The notes: generated by a model from the letters alone, not told the origin. A stretch of 64,000 bases of DNA from Clostridia bacterium (GCA_017461985.1 JAFTSA010000006.1:110-64109), one strand, 5' to 3'. Positions 36,610 through 47,218 are shown, counted from the first letter of the stretch. Numbers and translations: made by a program.

Positions 36610-37479
36610 ATGAAAAAAATTCTTGCAATAGTCATCGCAGTTTTGATGATAGGCGCACTTGCAGTGACCTTCACTGCTTGTGGTGATGACACCCCTGAAG
36701 TCTTTGAAAAGACTCTCACCGTAACCGAGGCAGAGGACTACGTCTTTGGCGCAAACGGCGCAATCAACAACGGCGGAAAAGTCTTCAACGTGAAGGCAAC
36801 TTTCTCAGGCCACGCAAACGGCGAGACAGCAACCGGTGAAACAATCCTTGTGCTTGACACCACTGAAGGAGAAAACTTTGCTTCAATCTATGACAACCAA
36901 ACCTCAAAGGATGACGACGACGGCGAAATCACCAACAAAACCGAATTCCTCTTCATCAACTGGACTGAAAGAAGCAACGGCACTTTGAGAAACAACGGCG
37001 TTGTGCACGCCTATTCTAGAGATGGCGAAACACCTGTTTCAAACCTCCTTACGTCAGGATATGAAGGTCTCCAAAACAACTTGCTGAAAAACAGTGGACT
37101 CCAAGGCGGAAAGAACGTTCTTGAAAACCAAATCCACAACCCTGGTGAAGACGTCTACGACACCCTTCAATACACTGCAAAAGCAATCTACAACGACAGC
37201 GCAATGACTGACCTCAACAAAGTTGAAGTGACCATCACCTATCACTACGAAGATGATGACCAAATCGTCAACGGCACTGCAAACATCGTTATGTCAATGA
37301 GAGAAGTGACAATCTACGACGGCACAACCAAGACTCTCCTCGTCTTTGACAGCATTGTAGTGACAGAAAGTGCTGGCAGCAACATGACAATCAACTACGT
37401 CTACGGCGTTGACAGTTTTGCTACACCTGACCTTGATGACCTCAGTGGCACTTGGCCCGAAGCATATCCCATTGCATAA
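36610..37479 (+). CDS. Lipoprotein, function unknown
   Basis: 289 aa. Lipobox FTAC|G. No recognisable catalytic motifs. Confidence 0.65.
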   Translation: MKKILAIVIAVLMIGALAVTFTACGDDTPEVFEKTLTVTEAEDYVFGANGAINNGGKVFNVKATFSGHANGETATGETILVLDTTEGENFASIYDNQTSKDDDDGEITNKTEFLFINWTERSNGTLRNNGVVHAYSRDGETPVSNLLTSGYEGLQNNLLKNSGLQGGKNVLENQIHNPGEDVYDTLQYTAKAIYNDSAMTDLNKVEVTITYHYEDDDQIVNGTANIVMSMREVTIYDGTTKTLLVFDSIVVTESAGSNMTINYVYGVDSFATPDLDDLSGTWPEAYPIA

Positions 37480-37594
37480 TAAACGCTGATTTATATTCAT
37501 CGATATAATCAAAAAAGCCCGCCATTTCCGTGGGCTTTTCTTTTTGGAATTTTGCTGTTCGATGGGTTAGAATTGCGTTTTGTGTCAAGCAATC

Positions 37595-40555
37595 CTATTT
37601 TGTTTTGATGATGATTGTCTTGATTTCGTGAGGACGGAAGGTGAGATGAGTGCTTGAAGGCACTTGTTCCTTTTCAAGAAGATTGCTTTCATATATGGCG
37701 GTGTAGGGGAAGTTGACCGTCAAATTGACGTCCGCCTTTGCGCCGTATCTTTCGTATATGCGGAGAGCAATGCCGTCAGCGGTAGGCTTTACGGTTTCGA
37801 GGATGACGGAGTTGTTGTCCATTGTCACAAGGGGATTCACGTCAACTGCCTTGTCAAGGATGAGGGCGGGCAGATTGAAGTTGTATGCCTTTGCCACCAA
37901 CTCTTTGCGGTCCTCGGGGAAGTCCATTTTGTAGGAGATATGATGCACCATTCTGTCGCAAGTAGGGTCAGGGTAGACGGGGGAACGGAGCAGGTTGATG
38001 CTCATCATTCCGTTTTTCACACGGAAGCCGTATTTGGAGTTGCTGTAAAGGGCGAAAAGACCTCTTGTGCCAGTTGCCACGTATTTGTGAGCGCAGATTT
38101 CAAATTGTTCCTTTTCAACACTATCCTTTTCTGTGGTGGCACGTTGGATTGATCCAAATTGAACGTCGCATTCAACGGTGTCGCTATAATCTCTAGGCTC
38201 AAACTGGACACGGAGCATTTTGTGGGTTTCCTTCCAGTCAACGGTGAGGTCAAAGGTGACCTCAGTGCCTACGCCCAACTTCACCTTTTCAATGATGGTG
38301 CTGTCACCAAGGCGGTAGGTGTGCTCAACCACCCCGTAGACGCCTTCGTGATATGAGCGTGTTGAGAGGTGTTTCACCTTTATGGGGTGAGAGAGATAGT
38401 CATTGTCAATGTCCCATGCGTTGTAGTGGAGCTTCTTGTCGTGATAGCCAATGAACTTGCCCAGTTCACCTTTTGCTCTTTCCGTGCCACGGACTTTGTC
38501 AAAGTAGGAGATGACGTTTCCTTCACTTGAAAACACAATTCTCACTCTATCGTTTTCAAGGGTTTTGTCTGTGACAGAGGGGAGAGTGTAGGGCGTTTCA
38601 ACAAGGGGGGCAGATGAGTATGCACTGACAGTTGCACTCAAAATCTTGCCCTCGTTTTCAGTGTAGACGGTTTGTTCAAAAGGTGAGGGGTTGAGCACAA
38701 ACAAGGAGTTTACACCACTCATTTTGCTTATTAAAGTGTTGATTTTGTCATTTGTCAAAGTTAGCGCATCGTTCAGTTCCGCTCTGCTTTCACGGTGCAC
38801 TCTCTCAATGCTGCTACCGGGAAGTATGTCGTGGAATTGATTGAAAAGCACGGTTTTCCAAATGTTGTCAACCTCGTCCTTGTCAAATTTTTCACCCCTC
38901 AAAGTGCCCACTGCAGACAGCCATTCAAGGGTGTGAAGGGCGTGTTCGTTGGCACGATTAAGACGCTTGTTTTCGCTTTGTGAGGTGTATGTGCCACGGT
39001 GTTTTTCAAGATAAAGTTCACCCTTGTATTCAGGGATATCGTCACCAAGGTTTTCAAAGAAACTGTCTGTTGTGCCAAAGGTCACCTTGCCATGGGAATA
39101 GAGTTTTTGTTCTCTTTCAATCAACTCTACGTGGGATTCACCTGCACCGCCACCGCCGTCACCGTTGCCGTAAATGACAAGTGCTTTGCCCACTTCTTTT
39201 TGCAGGTTTTTGCGGTTGGATTTGGCAATGGTGAGGGGTGATGCTTCGTTGGTGTAAGTGCCCTCAGGAGACAGGTGTGCAGTCACTTTACTGCCGTCGG
39301 GGGCAACCCATTTGAAGGTTTGATAGGGGAAGGTGTTGGTCTTGTTCCAGCTGAGTTTTATGGTGGCAAAATTGTCCTTGCCCACACCCTTGATGATTTG
39401 AGGAAGGGTGCAAGGATAGCCGAATACGTCAGGCAGCCACATAGTGTTTGAACTCTTGCCAAAGTGCTCAAGGAAGAACTCCTCACCATAGTGGAATTGA
39501 CGGATTATGCTTTCACCTGAGGGCAGATTGCAGTCGCACTCGGTCCACATACCCCCTTGGATTTCTATGTTGCCGTCCGCTACGGCTTTCTTGATTTTTT
39601 CAAAGGTTTCGGGGCTTTCGGTGCGCATCCAGTCAAACATTTGTGCTTGACTTGCGCCAAAGATGAAGTGGTCGTTTTTCTCAATGAGGCTGAGGGCATT
39701 TGTGAAAGTGCGGAGAGCCTTTCTTATGGTTTCTCTTTTAGGCCACAGCCAGCAAAGGTCAAGGTGAGCGTGTCCTATGCAGGTGTAGTCCACGGGGTTG
39801 ACCTTGTCAATGCGCTTGTTTATGTATTTATGCACGGGGCTGTTTTCGTCATAGAGAGGTGCAAGCACTGCTTTTGCTCCCTCAATATCCCCCTTTTTGT
39901 ACAGATTGAAACTGCGGACAAGATGTCCTTTCACCTCGTCAGCGCACTTGCTGTCAAAGGATACGTTTTCCTCTGCTGCAAGAAGAAGTGCCACAGTCAA
40001 ATAGTCGTAATAGAAGTCACTGACCTTATCATTTTTGGTGGCAAGATAGGCGTAGACAAACTTGGGTTTGAAGACGAAATTGCCGTTGACGCCGTTGTTT
40101 CCGCAGTCTACGTACAGGGTGAAAGAGCCGTCTTCCTTTATCTTTCCAGTCAAGTCAAATATGCGTTTGCCTGCCCCCGGTCCTTGAAGGACGTCGCCTA
40201 CACCCATAATGGTGGTGGCAATGTCAAAGGGAGTGTCATCACTGTAGGCAAGAGCCTCTCCGTTTATGTTGAAAACAACAACGGGGTGCTTGTCTTGAAG
40301 TTCCTGAGGAACTTTGCCCGTCAGTTTGAACCAAGCGCAACCAAATTTTTCATCTGCCCAAAGGTCACCTTTTTCAATCTTTTCAAAGGTGTGGTTTTTC
40401 AGGTCTTCGTAGGGGATAGGCTCGGCACTTTTCAAGCACTCTGCGGTGAGGTCGATGGCATAAGTGTAGACGTCACGGCGCACTCTCCTTACGTTTTTGG
40501 AGAGGGTGGGGTGTTTCAGCATTCCGCCAAGCAAATTTTTGATGATTTCAATCAT
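37595..40555 (-). CDS. GH38 alpha-mannosidase (cytoplasmic)
   Basis: 986 aa. GH38 N-terminal signature IGHAHLDLCWLWP. No signal peptide. Confidence 0.85.
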   Translation of the reverse strand: MIEIIKNLLGGMLKHPTLSKNVRRVRRDVYTYAIDLTAECLKSAEPIPYEDLKNHTFEKIEKGDLWADEKFGCAWFKLTGKVPQELQDKHPVVVFNINGEALAYSDDTPFDIATTIMGVGDVLQGPGAGKRIFDLTGKIKEDGSFTLYVDCGNNGVNGNFVFKPKFVYAYLATKNDKVSDFYYDYLTVALLLAAEENVSFDSKCADEVKGHLVRSFNLYKKGDIEGAKAVLAPLYDENSPVHKYINKRIDKVNPVDYTCIGHAHLDLCWLWPKRETIRKALRTFTNALSLIEKNDHFIFGASQAQMFDWMRTESPETFEKIKKAVADGNIEIQGGMWTECDCNLPSGESIIRQFHYGEEFFLEHFGKSSNTMWLPDVFGYPCTLPQIIKGVGKDNFATIKLSWNKTNTFPYQTFKWVAPDGSKVTAHLSPEGTYTNEASPLTIAKSNRKNLQKEVGKALVIYGNGDGGGGAGESHVELIEREQKLYSHGKVTFGTTDSFFENLGDDIPEYKGELYLEKHRGTYTSQSENKRLNRANEHALHTLEWLSAVGTLRGEKFDKDEVDNIWKTVLFNQFHDILPGSSIERVHRESRAELNDALTLTNDKINTLISKMSGVNSLFVLNPSPFEQTVYTENEGKILSATVSAYSSAPLVETPYTLPSVTDKTLENDRVRIVFSSEGNVISYFDKVRGTERAKGELGKFIGYHDKKLHYNAWDIDNDYLSHPIKVKHLSTRSYHEGVYGVVEHTYRLGDSTIIEKVKLGVGTEVTFDLTVDWKETHKMLRVQFEPRDYSDTVECDVQFGSIQRATTEKDSVEKEQFEICAHKYVATGTRGLFALYSNSKYGFRVKNGMMSINLLRSPVYPDPTCDRMVHHISYKMDFPEDRKELVAKAYNFNLPALILDKAVDVNPLVTMDNNSVILETVKPTADGIALRIYERYGAKADVNLTVNFPYTAIYESNLLEKEQVPSSTHLTFRPHEIKTIIIKTK

Positions 40556-41430
40556 ATTGCACCAAGTTTTTGCGTTGCCTCCGCACCTGCAAGGTTTGCC
40601 TTTTCGGTGACGGGGATGAGAGCATCGACTGTGAGAGGTGTGTGAGATGCAAGAAGGTTGTCAATGCCTTGAAGAGCAGTGCCAAAGAAGGCATCGCCTG
40701 CTCCTGTTGTGTCTATGGGAGTGACTTTTGTTGAAGGGATGAAGGCGTGAGAGCCACCTGCATACACGTGGCTTCCGTTTCCGCCGTCTGTGATGAAGAG
40801 GACGCCCTTGTGGTCAAGGACTTTGACACCTTCATCAAGGGTTGACGCGCCGGTGTAGTCAAGAAGTTCGTCAAGACCAAGTTTCAAGATGTCCGCGCTT
40901 TTTAGATAGGGCTTGAAAATGTCGTTTCGTGCGGACTTGCTTTCATAGATGTCGTCACGGAAGTTGGCGTCAATTGAAATGACAATGCCTTTTTTCTTTG
41001 CTTTGCCTATCAATGCGGTGGCAAAATCTCTGCCCACACTCTCGCTCAGCATAAGTGTGCCAACGTGAAGGATTTTGACGTCACTGAAAAGCTCAAAATC
41101 CACGTCATCGAGGGACAGTTGATAGTCCGCGGTGTCGTGACGGAAAAAGGCAAAATCTCTTTCACCGTTTTCATCGTGTGCCACAAATGCTAGGGTAGTG
41201 TTGCGGTCCTCGTCCACCTTGATGACTGTTTTGTCAAGACCAAACTGGTCAAGGTTTTTCAGGATAAACTTGCCGGGGACGTCGTCGCCCACCTTTCCAA
41301 CAAAACCAACCTGAGCACCGGCACGCTTTGCGCCCACTGCCACGTTGAAGGGTGCGCCACCTACGTGCATGGTGTAGGTGTCTCCGTTGCCCATCATATC
41401 AACCAAAATTTCGCCAACTGAAAGTATCAT
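40552..41430 (-). CDS. PfkB-family sugar kinase (fructokinase-like)
   Basis: 292 aa. GGAPFNVA and DTTGAGDAF motifs. 4-nt overlap with the GH38 gene. Confidence 0.8.
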   Translation of the reverse strand: MILSVGEILVDMMGNGDTYTMHVGGAPFNVAVGAKRAGAQVGFVGKVGDDVPGKFILKNLDQFGLDKTVIKVDEDRNTTLAFVAHDENGERDFAFFRHDTADYQLSLDDVDFELFSDVKILHVGTLMLSESVGRDFATALIGKAKKKGIVISIDANFRDDIYESKSARNDIFKPYLKSADILKLGLDELLDYTGASTLDEGVKVLDHKGVLFITDGGNGSHVYAGGSHAFIPSTKVTPIDTTGAGDAFFGTALQGIDNLLASHTPLTVDALIPVTEKANLAGAEATQKLGAI

Positions 41431-41507
41431 AATTGCTTGTTTTTAGATTTTATTTTGTCTTGCTTTAACAGTGTTAAAGCATTTTTATTGTCTATTTTGT
41501 TTTAAGT

Positions 41508-42560
41508 CTATTGCTTTGAGGGGAGACACTCCACCATTTCAACACTGCCGTCTGCCACAATTTGATATTTGCCTTCTGCAACGTAGGGCAGGAAGAAGTA
41601 GTCGCCTTTGACGATTTCCTTTTCGTAGTTGTCGCCGACAATTTTGCCTTTGCCCTCGGTGCAAATCCACACTGAGGGTGCATAGGGCAGTGTAAGTGCG
41701 CCAGTTGTGACGGTGTATCTGTTTTCACCAAAGCAAGGTGTTATATCATAAGATATAAGTTCTTCCTTTTTGACGCCGTCGCGGTCGTATGCCACCTCAG
41801 GTGTCACCTTTGCGCCTTTCAGTGCCTTTTCACCTACAAGAGAGTAGTCAAAGCAGTCAAGAGCGGTGGACTTGTCAAGACCGATATATTCCTCATTTTC
41901 ACTGATATGATAGTCTCCGCACCACTTTTCGGGTTGGATGGTGAAGTCGGTGGGCTCTTGCACTTCGAGGATTGTGCAACCTGCGCCGATTGCGTGGATG
42001 AGGCCAGCGTTGATGATGAAGATGTCACCAACCTTTGCGTCAACCTTGTATAGGATTGAAGACATAATATCTCTTTCAGTTTCACTGCGCTCTTCAAGGG
42101 CGGAAAGTTCCTCTTTGGTTATATCACGATTGAAACCAAAATAGATTGAAGCGTTTGGTCTTGTTGCCAGCACAAGCCACGCCTCCGTCTTGCCGTAGTC
42201 ACTGCCAAAGTGCTTTTTGGCAAAAGCCTTTGTGGGGTGCACTTGCATAGGCAGGCGGATTGCGCTGTCGAGATATTTCACAAGGCAGTCATACTTTCTG
42301 CCACCAAGGATTTCGTCAGGGTATTCTGCAATGAGGTCGTCAAAGAATTTGTCCGTGCCTTTCACCACTGCCACGCCGTCACGAGGGCCGAAATATCTAG
42401 GATTGATGGCTTTCACCTTGCTTGCAATCCATTCTTCGGGGAAGAAATCGTCCTCTTCTTCGGGGCGGTTTCTAAAACGGGAAATACCTTTTCCGCCAAG
42501 GTACACACGGTACACTCTGTTGTCTTCAAAAAATATGGGTTGAGAAATTACGTTTTTCAT
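41508..42560 (-). CDS. Class I mannose-6-phosphate isomerase-like protein
   Basis: 350 aa. Cupin metal-site pattern (MQVHP...KTEAW...HAIGAG). Confidence 0.7.
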   Translation of the reverse strand: MKNVISQPIFFEDNRVYRVYLGGKGISRFRNRPEEEDDFFPEEWIASKVKAINPRYFGPRDGVAVVKGTDKFFDDLIAEYPDEILGGRKYDCLVKYLDSAIRLPMQVHPTKAFAKKHFGSDYGKTEAWLVLATRPNASIYFGFNRDITKEELSALEERSETERDIMSSILYKVDAKVGDIFIINAGLIHAIGAGCTILEVQEPTDFTIQPEKWCGDYHISENEEYIGLDKSTALDCFDYSLVGEKALKGAKVTPEVAYDRDGVKKEELISYDITPCFGENRYTVTTGALTLPYAPSVWICTEGKGKIVGDNYEKEIVKGDYFFLPYVAEGKYQIVADGSVEMVECLPSKQ

Positions 42561-42683
42561 AGTGTCTGCCTCACGGCTATATTGTTGTTTAATTGTGTTT
42601 TGATTGTAGTGTTTTGCTTGTGTTAAGGTTGTTGTTTTTAATCACGATTTTTGAGTTGCAACTACGTCAAGTTTTGCGACAAA

Positions 42684-43592
42684 TCAAAATCTATCCACTG
42701 TAAACTTGACAAAGAAATTCACCTTTTCACCGACGCCTATTTTGTTTCGTTTGAAGGTGTCGTCAAGGAAGGTTGTTGTAGGCTCAAGACCTTGAGCGTA
42801 ATCTCCACTCATACGGCTATTCCATTGGACGAAATAGGGGAGAGTGTCCTTGGAGTAATCAAGGGAGAATTTTCTTCCTATGCGGTCATTGACTACTTCA
42901 ACATGAGGGGTTTTGTGGGTGATGTAGTAGCACTGTTCCTCTTCTCCGTCTATGCAGTCGGTGAGGGTGTTTCTGCCCTCAAACTTTGCTTTTGCCCAGT
43001 CATTTCTAGGAAGGACGGACTCCTCGTCTTGGACTATGCGGACGCCCTCGTCAAGCATAGGATAGCCCACGTTGACGTGGTAGAGAAGACAGTATTCACT
43101 GTCGGTGTAGCCTTGGTTTTCAAGGGTGTCACTGATTGTCACTGAGCCACTGCCCACCTTTGTTGTGATGGTGCGGGTGAAAAGAAGATTGCCTTCAAAA
43201 AGTGCGCTGGCACGGACAGTGCCCACCACCTTGATTTCATCTTCAGTGACTGAGATGTTAGTGACAGTTGCAGGGGTTGTGTGGAGAGTGCCGTGAACTT
43301 CGTATCCATCTCTAGAGCCTGCGTTGTCAAGACCGCAAGTGTAAAGCATACCTCCCTCAAAACGACGTTTATACTCTAAATTTGCAAGATGAAACCCGTT
43401 TTTGGACAAAAATGACATATTCACCTCGCCGTCAAACAGTTGCATCATATCAAGCGCTTTTGACTCATTGAGCAGATATCGAATACGTCCGTTGTACACT
43501 TCAACGACCTTGATTCCTGCCTCAGTGCCATCGGTCAAGGTGTATCTTCTGGCATAGGCGATTTGTGAAAGATGATTGATTTTTCCGTTCAT
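42684..43592 (-). CDS. Aldose-1-epimerase-like protein (DUF4432 family)
   Basis: 302 aa. Mutarotase-like beta-sandwich pattern. First gene of the mannoside operon. Confidence 0.55.
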   Translation of the reverse strand: MNGKINHLSQIAYARRYTLTDGTEAGIKVVEVYNGRIRYLLNESKALDMMQLFDGEVNMSFLSKNGFHLANLEYKRRFEGGMLYTCGLDNAGSRDGYEVHGTLHTTPATVTNISVTEDEIKVVGTVRASALFEGNLLFTRTITTKVGSGSVTISDTLENQGYTDSEYCLLYHVNVGYPMLDEGVRIVQDEESVLPRNDWAKAKFEGRNTLTDCIDGEEEQCYYITHKTPHVEVVNDRIGRKFSLDYSKDTLPYFVQWNSRMSGDYAQGLEPTTTFLDDTFKRNKIGVGEKVNFFVKFTVDRF

Positions 43593-43679
43593 AGTCTTTT
43601 CCTTAGGTGGGGCTTTCAGCCCCAGATATAAAAATTATACCATAAGCATTTGCATATTTCAATATGCAATTGTTGTGAT

Positions 43680-43703
43680 AAAAAAGGCACTCGATCGAGT
43701 GCC
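43680..43703 (-). terminator. Intrinsic terminator after the CofE-like gene
   Basis: Perfect palindrome GGCACTCGATCGAGTGCC followed by T6 on the minus strand. Confidence 0.75.
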
Positions 43704-43710
43704 TTGTTTG

Positions 43711-44901
43711 TTAGTCGTTTGCGTAATTTGTGAAGTAGTTTTGGATGAATATGAAGGGCGTGCCTTTGTCACCGCTTCCGCTGGTCAAGTCACACAGTGA
43801 GCCGATAAGGTCGGTGAGTCTTCTAGGTGTTGTGCCTTGTGATGCTTGTGATGCAACGAGGTTTGTGGGCTTTGCCTTTATCATATCCTTGATTGCCTTC
43901 TTTGCGTCCTCACCACTGAGGTTGCCGATGGCGTTGTCTGCAAGATATTTCAATTTAAGTTCATTGGGTGTGCCTTCAAGTCCAGATGTATATCCGGGGG
44001 AGACAACGGGGTCAGCCAGCTCCCAAATCTTGCCGACGGGGTCTTTGAATGCGCCGTCACCATACACCATAACTTCAACCTTTTTGCCGGTCTTTTCATA
44101 GAGGGCTTTTTGGATGTCCTCAACAAGAGGTTGACAATCTCTGGGGAAGAGTTTGACACTGTCGTCGGTTGCAAGGTTTGAACCTAAGATACCGTAGTCG
44201 CTGTTGTAGCCACTGCCGTCAACTGACTCGTTCAAGATGTCGTGGAGAGAGATGACTGTCTTTGCGCCGTTTTCAAGAAGGATACGCTTTGTGCGGAAAC
44301 GTGTGTGGATGTCGGCGTTGATGACTGTGTCAGTGTATTTCAAGATTTCTTGAGGACGGTTGGCAAGGATGATTTCGGTGTTGTCACCACCCATCTTTTT
44401 GTAGAGGGCCACGTAGTCCATACCGGTGAAGGGGTGCTTGATTTCACCAAAGGTGTCGTACACTTCCTTTTCGGTGAAGACGTCGGTGTAGGGGTTGACA
44501 CCCTTTTCGTCAAGAGCGTCAAGGCTCATAAGGTGGTTGCCCACTTCGTCACTGGGGTATGACAACATGATGACCAGTTTGTCAACGCCCTTTGCAATGC
44601 CTTTAAGAAGAAGTGCGAAACGATTTCTTGAAAGGATAGGGAAGATGAGACCAACGGTGCCACCGCCAGTTTTTCTTCTTACGTCAGTTGCAATTTGGTC
44701 AACGGTTGCGTAGTTGCCTTGGGCTCTTCCTACAACTGCCTCGGTGAGAGCAAAGACGTCGCGGTCTTGGATTTTGAAACCTGTGTCGGGGTCGGCAGCT
44801 GCATTGAGCAGACTGTCCACCGCGATTTTGACAAGGTCGTCACCTGTTTTGATGATAGGGGCTTTGATACCTCTTGAAATTGTGCCTACTGTAGATGACA
44901 T
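43711..44901 (-). CDS. CofE-like (F420-0:gamma-glutamyl ligase family) protein, long form
   Basis: 396 aa from ATG 44901 (GGAG RBS). N-terminal pattern [14 protein letters not shown]....[17 protein letters not shown] resembles the CofE fold. Function in a non-F420 organism is unknown. Confidence 0.5.
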   Translation of the reverse strand: MSSTVGTISRGIKAPIIKTGDDLVKIAVDSLLNAAADPDTGFKIQDRDVFALTEAVVGRAQGNYATVDQIATDVRRKTGGGTVGLIFPILSRNRFALLLKGIAKGVDKLVIMLSYPSDEVGNHLMSLDALDEKGVNPYTDVFTEKEVYDTFGEIKHPFTGMDYVALYKKMGGDNTEIILANRPQEILKYTDTVINADIHTRFRTKRILLENGAKTVISLHDILNESVDGSGYNSDYGILGSNLATDDSVKLFPRDCQPLVEDIQKALYEKTGKKVEVMVYGDGAFKDPVGKIWELADPVVSPGYTSGLEGTPNELKLKYLADNAIGNLSGEDAKKAIKDMIKAKPTNLVASQASQGTTPRRLTDLIGSLCDLTSGSGDKGTPFIFIQNYFTNYAND

Positions 44902-44994
44902 AGTGCGCTCCAAAAATAGAATGTGCTCTTTGAGCACCAAAATTATATCACCCTTTCGCCCCCGTGTAAAGTCGCGTGAGGAAAAAATCCAATA

Positions 44995-45023
44995 TTGACA
45001 CTGATATTTTGTAGGTCTATAAT
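44995..45023 (+). promoter_or_regulatory. Sigma-A type promoter for the FAD-oxidoreductase/radical-SAM pair
   Basis: TTGACA, 17-nt spacer, TATAAT. Confidence 0.6.
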
Positions 45024-45050
45024 TGTGGTAGAAAGATAAAGGGAGAACTT

Positions 45051-46391
45051 ATGGCAAAAATTGTTGTTATTGGCATGGGACAAGGCGGAGTCCTTGCAGG
45101 CGGTATGCTGGCAAAGGCAGGCTTTGACGTTGCTATTTATGAAAAATCACCGAAGGGTGCAGTGAGCCACGACTGGCACGACGATATCCGCTTTGACATA
45201 TTTGAGATTTGCGGGATTGCACCTCCCAGTAGAGAAAATTACACTCAAAAGAGCAAGTGGCTTTTTGTGTCACCTGATGAAAAGAATAGTCTTAAAGTGC
45301 CTCCTGCAAAACCTATGGAAGAGGTGTCAGTGTCAAGACGAGGCCTCAGCGACCATCTTGTGAATATTGCAGTAGAGAATGGGGCAAAGGTGTTTTACGA
45401 CACCCCCGTTGACAGCCTTGTCCTTGAAGGGGACAGAGTTGTTGGCGTCAAGGTGGATGACGAGGTTATATCCGCCGATTTGGTCATTGACGCAAGTGGA
45501 CTCAACTCACCTTTTAGAGGTCAAATACCTGCAAAATTCGGCGTGCCTGCAGACAGTGGCAAAAACGGAATTATGCGTGGTTGGAGAGGCTTTTTTGTAC
45601 GCAATGAAGAGGCCCCCACACCCGACCCTGAAAGCACGTTGTATATCAAGCATCTTGACGGCGTTGGCATCAGTTGGTGCAACCTCAACGACAGAAATGA
45701 AGTTGACGTTTTGATTGGCAGAATCGGTGAAAAACTGACCGAAGAAGAGCAAAGGTCATGTCTTGAAGCATTGCGCAAAAATCACCCTATCCTCACCGAC
45801 AAAATGGTGAAGGAAGGCAAGTGGGTGGACATAGGCGTGAGATGCACTGCAGGTGGTCTTGTGGCAGACGGCTACGCCCTTGTTGGTGACAGTGCATTTA
45901 TGACAATGCCCATTATGGGAAGCGGAATTGAAGCCAGCATGAAGGCAGGCAAGTGGCTTGTTGAACATATCCTTGAAGAGGGTGTAAAGGACTTCTCTGC
46001 AGAAAATCTTTGGGGCTATCAAGTGAAATATTTTGACGAACTCGGTGCGGACTACGTTTTCATCGATGTTGTCAAAAGATGGGCTTTAAACATCGATCCT
46101 AAGGAGATAAACTGGCTGTTTGGTTGTGGCGCGGTCACAAACGACGATATGGCACTGCTGTCAACAGACACCGAAAACCCTGTGAAACTAGGGGTCGGTG
46201 ACATCCTCAAAAAGGTGGGTATACTGCTCAAAAATCCTCGCCTAATCGGTCAAGCAATCAAGTGGCTTCTTAGAGGTCTTAGAGCAAAGAGTGTGGCAAA
46301 CGGTATGCCCGAAAAGTACGATATGAGAAAAGTCCAGAAATGGCAAAAGAAATATGACGATGTTATCGCCAAAATTGAAAGAGGGGAATAA
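45051..46391 (+). CDS. FAD-dependent oxidoreductase (geranylgeranyl-reductase-like)
   Basis: 446 aa. N-terminal dinucleotide fold IVVIGMGQGG....AKAGFDVAIYEK. Confidence 0.7.
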   Translation: MAKIVVIGMGQGGVLAGGMLAKAGFDVAIYEKSPKGAVSHDWHDDIRFDIFEICGIAPPSRENYTQKSKWLFVSPDEKNSLKVPPAKPMEEVSVSRRGLSDHLVNIAVENGAKVFYDTPVDSLVLEGDRVVGVKVDDEVISADLVIDASGLNSPFRGQIPAKFGVPADSGKNGIMRGWRGFFVRNEEAPTPDPESTLYIKHLDGVGISWCNLNDRNEVDVLIGRIGEKLTEEEQRSCLEALRKNHPILTDKMVKEGKWVDIGVRCTAGGLVADGYALVGDSAFMTMPIMGSGIEASMKAGKWLVEHILEEGVKDFSAENLWGYQVKYFDELGADYVFIDVVKRWALNIDPKEINWLFGCGAVTNDDMALLSTDTENPVKLGVGDILKKVGILLKNPRLIGQAIKWLLRGLRAKSVANGMPEKYDMRKVQKWQKKYDDVIAKIERGE

Positions 46392-47218
46392 TGGCAGATA
46401 CGTTTAGAATCGCTCGCGTAGGTCTTCATCACTTTGAAGAGCCCTGCATTTCGGGCGAAAAAGGAAGCGGAACAATATTTTTCAGCGGTTGCAATATGAA
46501 GTGTGTTTTTTGCCAAAACCACCAGATTTCTCATGAGGGTGTTGGCCTTGAAATTTCCCCTGCGGAACTTATGAAATGCATGCTTTATTTGCAGTCAATA
46601 GGGGCGGAGAATATCAACATTGTCACCCCTCCTCAAAACGTCAATTTGCTTGCCAACGTGCTCAAGGTTGTGCGCACCCAACTGACCATACCCGTGGTGT
46701 GGAATAGCAGTGGTTATGAGACGGTGGCAAACCTGAAAAAACTTGAAGGATTGGTGGATATATATCTCCCCGATTTCAAGTACAGCGACAATCGTCTTGG
46801 ACAGGAATACTCCGGCGTGCCCAACTACTTTGAGGTGGCAAGTGAGGCAATACGTGAAATGCGCCGTCAACAGCCCGTCAACCAATTTGACGATGACGGC
46901 ATGATGACAAAAGGCGTCATAGTCCGTCACCTTGTGCTCCCACGTGGCATACGCAACACCGTAGGTGTGATGCAAGCAATCGCATCCATTGACAAAAAGA
47001 TGTACGTCAGCGTCATGGGACAATATTTCCCAACCCCTGCAGTCAGCGGACACCCTGCTCTAAGTAGACGCATCAATCAACTTGAATACGATATGGCAGT
47101 TGACGCCTTCTTTGACGCAGGCCTTAGCCAAGGATTTTCACAAGAACTTGACAGTGCAAAAGAGGAATACGTGCCCGATTTCAACCTTGAGGAATTGAAG
47201 AAGATTTTGGGAAGGTAA
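46391..47218 (+). CDS. Radical SAM protein, PflX-like (PFL-activase-related, COG1313-type)
   Basis: 275 aa. HHFEEPCISG..GSGTIFFSGCNMKCVFCQN (CX3CX2C). Translationally coupled (TAATG) to the upstream oxidoreductase. Confidence 0.75.
   Translation: MADTFRIARVGLHHFEEPCISGEKGSGTIFFSGCNMKCVFCQNHQISHEGVGLEISPAELMKCMLYLQSIGAENINIVTPPQNVNLLANVLKVVRTQLTIPVVWNSSGYETVANLKKLEGLVDIYLPDFKYSDNRLGQEYSGVPNYFEVASEAIREMRRQQPVNQFDDDGMMTKGVIVRHLVLPRGIRNTVGVMQAIASIDKKMYVSVMGQYFPTPAVSGHPALSRRINQLEYDMAVDAFFDAGLSQGFSQELDSAKEEYVPDFNLEELKKILGR

Noticed and set aside
39557-40645. 362-aa plus-strand ORF.
   Set aside because: It is antisense to the GH38 alpha-mannosidase and PfkB kinase genes. It is Val/Phe/Cys-rich shadow-frame sequence. 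The same reasoning applies to 25028-25735, 29933-30529, 8265-8693, 42651-43145 and 56464-57000.
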